Source of the DNA: Nanobdellota archaeon | Lineage (GTDB): Archaea; Nanobdellota; Nanobdellia; Pacearchaeales; GW2011-AR1 | DNA: 24,000 nucleotides | Assembly: GCA_024654565.1 (NCBI GenBank) | Contig: JANLHM010000005.1 | Location: forward strand, 223,647 to 247,646 | Direction of reading: 5' to 3' | Shown here: positions 21,798 to 24,000 of the stretch, piece by piece | Numbering within the stretch: the first letter of the stretch is position 1 | Layout of the letters: every line of letters starts with the position of its first letter | Program-made: the position numbers and the translations under genes | Notes under the pieces: generated by a model | Databases searched by the model: none | What the model was told of the DNA's origin: nothing | Seen by the model: the letters and a program-made list of their open reading frames with translations, nothing else

Positions 21798-21893
21798 TTA
21801 CTAAATTTAAAGCGCGGGTTCTTTTTTAAAGTTTATTGAATCCTGTTTTATCAGAACTTTTATAAATAACCAGTTCTTTTGTAAATAAAGAAG

Positions 21894-22193
21894 ATGGTGG
21901 TAAAAAAAGTTTCTAAAATGGATCTCTCAAGAAAAAAGGAATCGGATTTACCTTATGGATTAATTTCTTATATTTTGGGAATTGTTGCGATTGTTGAAGC
22001 AATCTTTTCACCTTTTATCGGGATAATTTTTGCAATAATTGGTCTTACCCTCTCAAGAAAAGAAATTTCTTCATTGGCGTTGAAAGCAAAAAAATTGAAC
22101 ACAATTGCATTGATTGTGGGAATAGTCGTTTTAATAATTTATTTAATTTTTTTGGTGGTGTTTGACGCAAATCAGATAATGGGAGGACTTTAA
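21894..22193 (+). CDS. Small integral membrane protein (DUF4190-like, 2-3 TM helices)
   Basis: Hydrophobic segments are GLISYILGIVAIVEAIFSPFIGIIFAIIGLTL and LNTIALIVGIVVLIIYLIFLVVF. A TATA-like CTTTTATAAATAA lies about 30 nt upstream. Confidence 0.55.
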   Translation: MVVKKVSKMDLSRKKESDLPYGLISYILGIVAIVEAIFSPFIGIIFAIIGLTLSRKEISSLALKAKKLNTIALIVGIVVLIIYLIFLVVFDANQIMGGL

Positions 22194-22196
22194 AAA

Positions 22197-22760
22197 ATGA
22201 AAAAGATAAATTCTAAGGGTGCGATGGAAATGTCTGTTGGGACTATTGTCACAATTGTTTTACTTATGAGTGTTTTAGTTCTTGGACTCTTCTTTGTTCA
22301 GAGGATTTTTCAATCAGGTGAAAATGCATTGGAATCAATTGACAGTCAGGTTCAAAATGAGATAAACCAGTTGTTTTCAGATGACAGTAAAAGGGTTGTG
22401 ATTTTTCCAACCTCAAGAGAAGTTGTAATAAAGAAGGGAGGGTCAACTTCTAAAGGTTTTGCATTTTCAGTTTATAATAATGACAATTCTCAGGCTTCAT
22501 TTACCTATACTATTAAAGCTGGAGAAATTGGAAACTCTTGTGGCGAAAGCATGACTCTTCAAAAAGCAGATTCATACCTTGAGATTGGTTCAGAAGGAAG
22601 CTTTAGCCTTGGACCTTCAAGTTCACTTGAAAGTGCACGTATTGTTAAGTTCATAATTCCAGAAAGTGCGCCTTCTTGCATTATTTCTTATGAGTTAGAA
22701 GTTATGAGGAATACCCAAGTTTATGACAGTGTACAAGTTCCCTTGGAGATTATTGGATAA
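22197..22760 (+). CDS. Secreted/anchored hypothetical protein with pilin-like N-terminus
   Basis: MKKINSKGAMEMSVGTIVTIVLLMSVLVLGLFFV is a basic leader ending in Gly followed by a hydrophobic helix. It starts 3 nt after the upstream membrane-protein gene, with GGGAGG upstream. The C-terminal 140 aa are Ser/Gly-rich with beta-strand character. Confidence 0.45.
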   Translation: MKKINSKGAMEMSVGTIVTIVLLMSVLVLGLFFVQRIFQSGENALESIDSQVQNEINQLFSDDSKRVVIFPTSREVVIKKGGSTSKGFAFSVYNNDNSQASFTYTIKAGEIGNSCGESMTLQKADSYLEIGSEGSFSLGPSSSLESARIVKFIIPESAPSCIISYELEVMRNTQVYDSVQVPLEIIG

Positions 22761-22770
22761 GTTTACTCCT

Positions 22771-22783
22771 AAATTTTTTTAAA
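22771..22783 (+). promoter_or_regulatory. TATA-like box for cysS
   Basis: AAATTTTTTTAAA is centred about 28 nt upstream of ATG 22805, which implies a leaderless or very short-leader mRNA. Confidence 0.4.
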
Positions 22784-22804
22784 CCACTTGCACCTATCAA
22801 TAGG

Positions 22805-24000
22805 ATGCCCCTCAAAATTTATAGCACTCTCTCAAGGAAGAAGGAAACTTTTAAACCGTTAAAAGGAAAAAAGGTGAATTTATTTGTTTGTGGACCCACA
22901 GTTTATGACTATTCTCATTTGGGGCATGCAAAAACTTATGTTCAATTTGATATGATTGCAAAATCTTTAAAATTTTTAGGTTATGGTGTTTTTTACCTTC
23001 AAAATATTACAGACATTGACGACAAAATTATAAGAAGGTCAAATGAACAGGAAGTTCCATGGAAGGAGCTTTCTAGAAAGTATAGAGATTACTATTTTGA
23101 AGATATGGCTTCCTTAGGTGTTGACTCAATTTCAAAATATGCAAATGCAACAGACTACATAAATGAAATTGTTTCCCAGGTGAAAAGACTTTTTGAAAAG
23201 GGTTATGCCTACAAGATTTCTGACGGATATTATTTTGATTTGAAGAAGGACAAAGACTATGGAAAGCTTGCAAGGAGAACCGCTCTAGGGAATGATGATT
23301 CAATTTCAAGAGTTGATGAAAATGATGAAAAGAGAAATTCCGGAGACTTTTGTTTGTGGAAGTTTAAGAAAGAGAATGAACCTTCTTGGAAAACCCAAAT
23401 TGGTGAAGGAAGACCAGGGTGGCACATAGAAGACACTGCAATAACTGAAAAAGAGTTTGGACCCCAGTATGACATTCATGGAGGGGCAACTGATTTGATC
23501 TTTCCCCATCATGAAGCTGAAATTGCACAAATGGAATCTCTTTCAGGAAAGGTGCCACTTGTGAAATATTGGATGCATACCGGTTTTTTGAAAATAAATA
23601 AAGAAAAAATGTCAAAGTCTCTTGGAAATTTTTCAACAATAAGAGATATTCTTAAGAGTTATCCCTCAGGAGTTTTGAGGTACCTTTTTGCATCGGGCCA
23701 TTATAGGAAGCCCTTAGACTTTTCAAAGAAATCTCTGGACAACGCCAAGAATTCTTTTGAAAGGCTTCAAAATATTTGTGAAAACCTTAAGGATGACGGA
23801 AAAGAAAATAAAAATTATCTTAAAGAGTTTGAAGAATCAATTAATAATGACATAAACCTCCCTGAAGCTCTTCAGGTCATGTGGAAGCTTTTGAGGGATG
23901 AAAGGGCGCAAGGAAAATATCAAACTATTAAAAAAATAGATGAAGTTTTTGGGCTCAAAATTCTTGAAAAAGAAAAGATTAAAATTTCATCTGAGGTTAA
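22805..24000 (+). CDS. cysS: Cysteinyl-tRNA synthetase, 3'-partial (runs off window; absent from ORF track)
   Basis: My own translation gives MPLKIYSTLSRKKETFKPLKGKKVNLFVCGPTVYDYSHLGHAKTYV (HIGH-type HLGH) ... GRPGWHIEDTA ... DIHGGATDLIFPHHEAEIAQ ... KMSKSLGN (KMSKS). There is no stop before nt 24000. The minus-strand ORFs at 23073-23639 are antisense shadows. Confidence 0.9.
   Translation, partial: MPLKIYSTLSRKKETFKPLKGKKVNLFVCGPTVYDYSHLGHAKTYVQFDMIAKSLKFLGYGVFYLQNITDIDDKIIRRSNEQEVPWKELSRKYRDYYFEDMASLGVDSISKYANATDYINEIVSQVKRLFEKGYAYKISDGYYFDLKKDKDYGKLARRTALGNDDSISRVDENDEKRNSGDFCLWKFKKENEPSWKTQIGEGRPGWHIEDTAITEKEFGPQYDIHGGATDLIFPHHEAEIAQMESLSGKVPLVKYWMHTGFLKINKEKMSKSLGNFSTIRDILKSYPSGVLRYLFASGHYRKPLDFSKKSLDNAKNSFERLQNICENLKDDGKENKNYLKEFEESINNDINLPEALQVMWKLLRDERAQGKYQTIKKIDEVFGLKILEKEKIKISSEV

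Noticed and set aside
23073-23639. Four minus-strand ORFs (72-91 aa) in the last kilobase
   Set aside because: They overlap the plus-strand cysS reading frame (HIGH and KMSKS motifs), which the track omitted only because it has no stop inside the window.

Overview
The window is a visibly AT-rich, gene-dense archaeal chromosome segment. The informational genes are archaeal: RadA, aEF-1beta, aIF2-alpha, Nop10, eS17, S15P/S13e-type uS15, RPA-like OB-fold protein, RecJ/GAN-like DHH phosphoesterase and an archaeal-type RNase P RNA. The small genes, mostly leaderless-looking promoters and pilin-like proteins suggest a DPANN-type lineage, but that is inference. I call 25 protein-coding genes. Three were not usable from the ORF track: a 47-aa Nop10, a 29-aa SPKK-like basic peptide, and a 3'-truncated cysteinyl-tRNA synthetase. 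I also call four tRNAs (Arg-GCG, Cys-GCA, Met/Ile2-CAT, Phe-GAA), one RNase P RNA, one 495-aa LAGLIDADG intein inside radA, and one decayed coding frame. I found no rRNA, CRISPR array, transposase or integrase. The most unusual observations are: (1) A full-length bacterial-type long RelA/SpoT homologue with a degenerate hydrolase domain, packed behind a Nudix-like gene and nop10 and downstream of aIF2-alpha. (2) RNase P RNA and tRNA-Phe converge, and each has its 3'-terminal 21-25 nt duplicated just downstream (a 73-nt tandem unit x2.3 and a 25-nt direct repeat plus 15-mer tandem repeats). These repeats bracket a GTG-start orphan ORF and look like att-type scars. (3) The radA intein sits next to the conserved GGxxxxH motif. 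(4) A stop-interrupted frame lies upstream of, and in frame with, a yjbQ-like gene, together with a GC-rich hairpin. (5) A tRNA-CAT carries an apparent U19:A56 elbow covariation.
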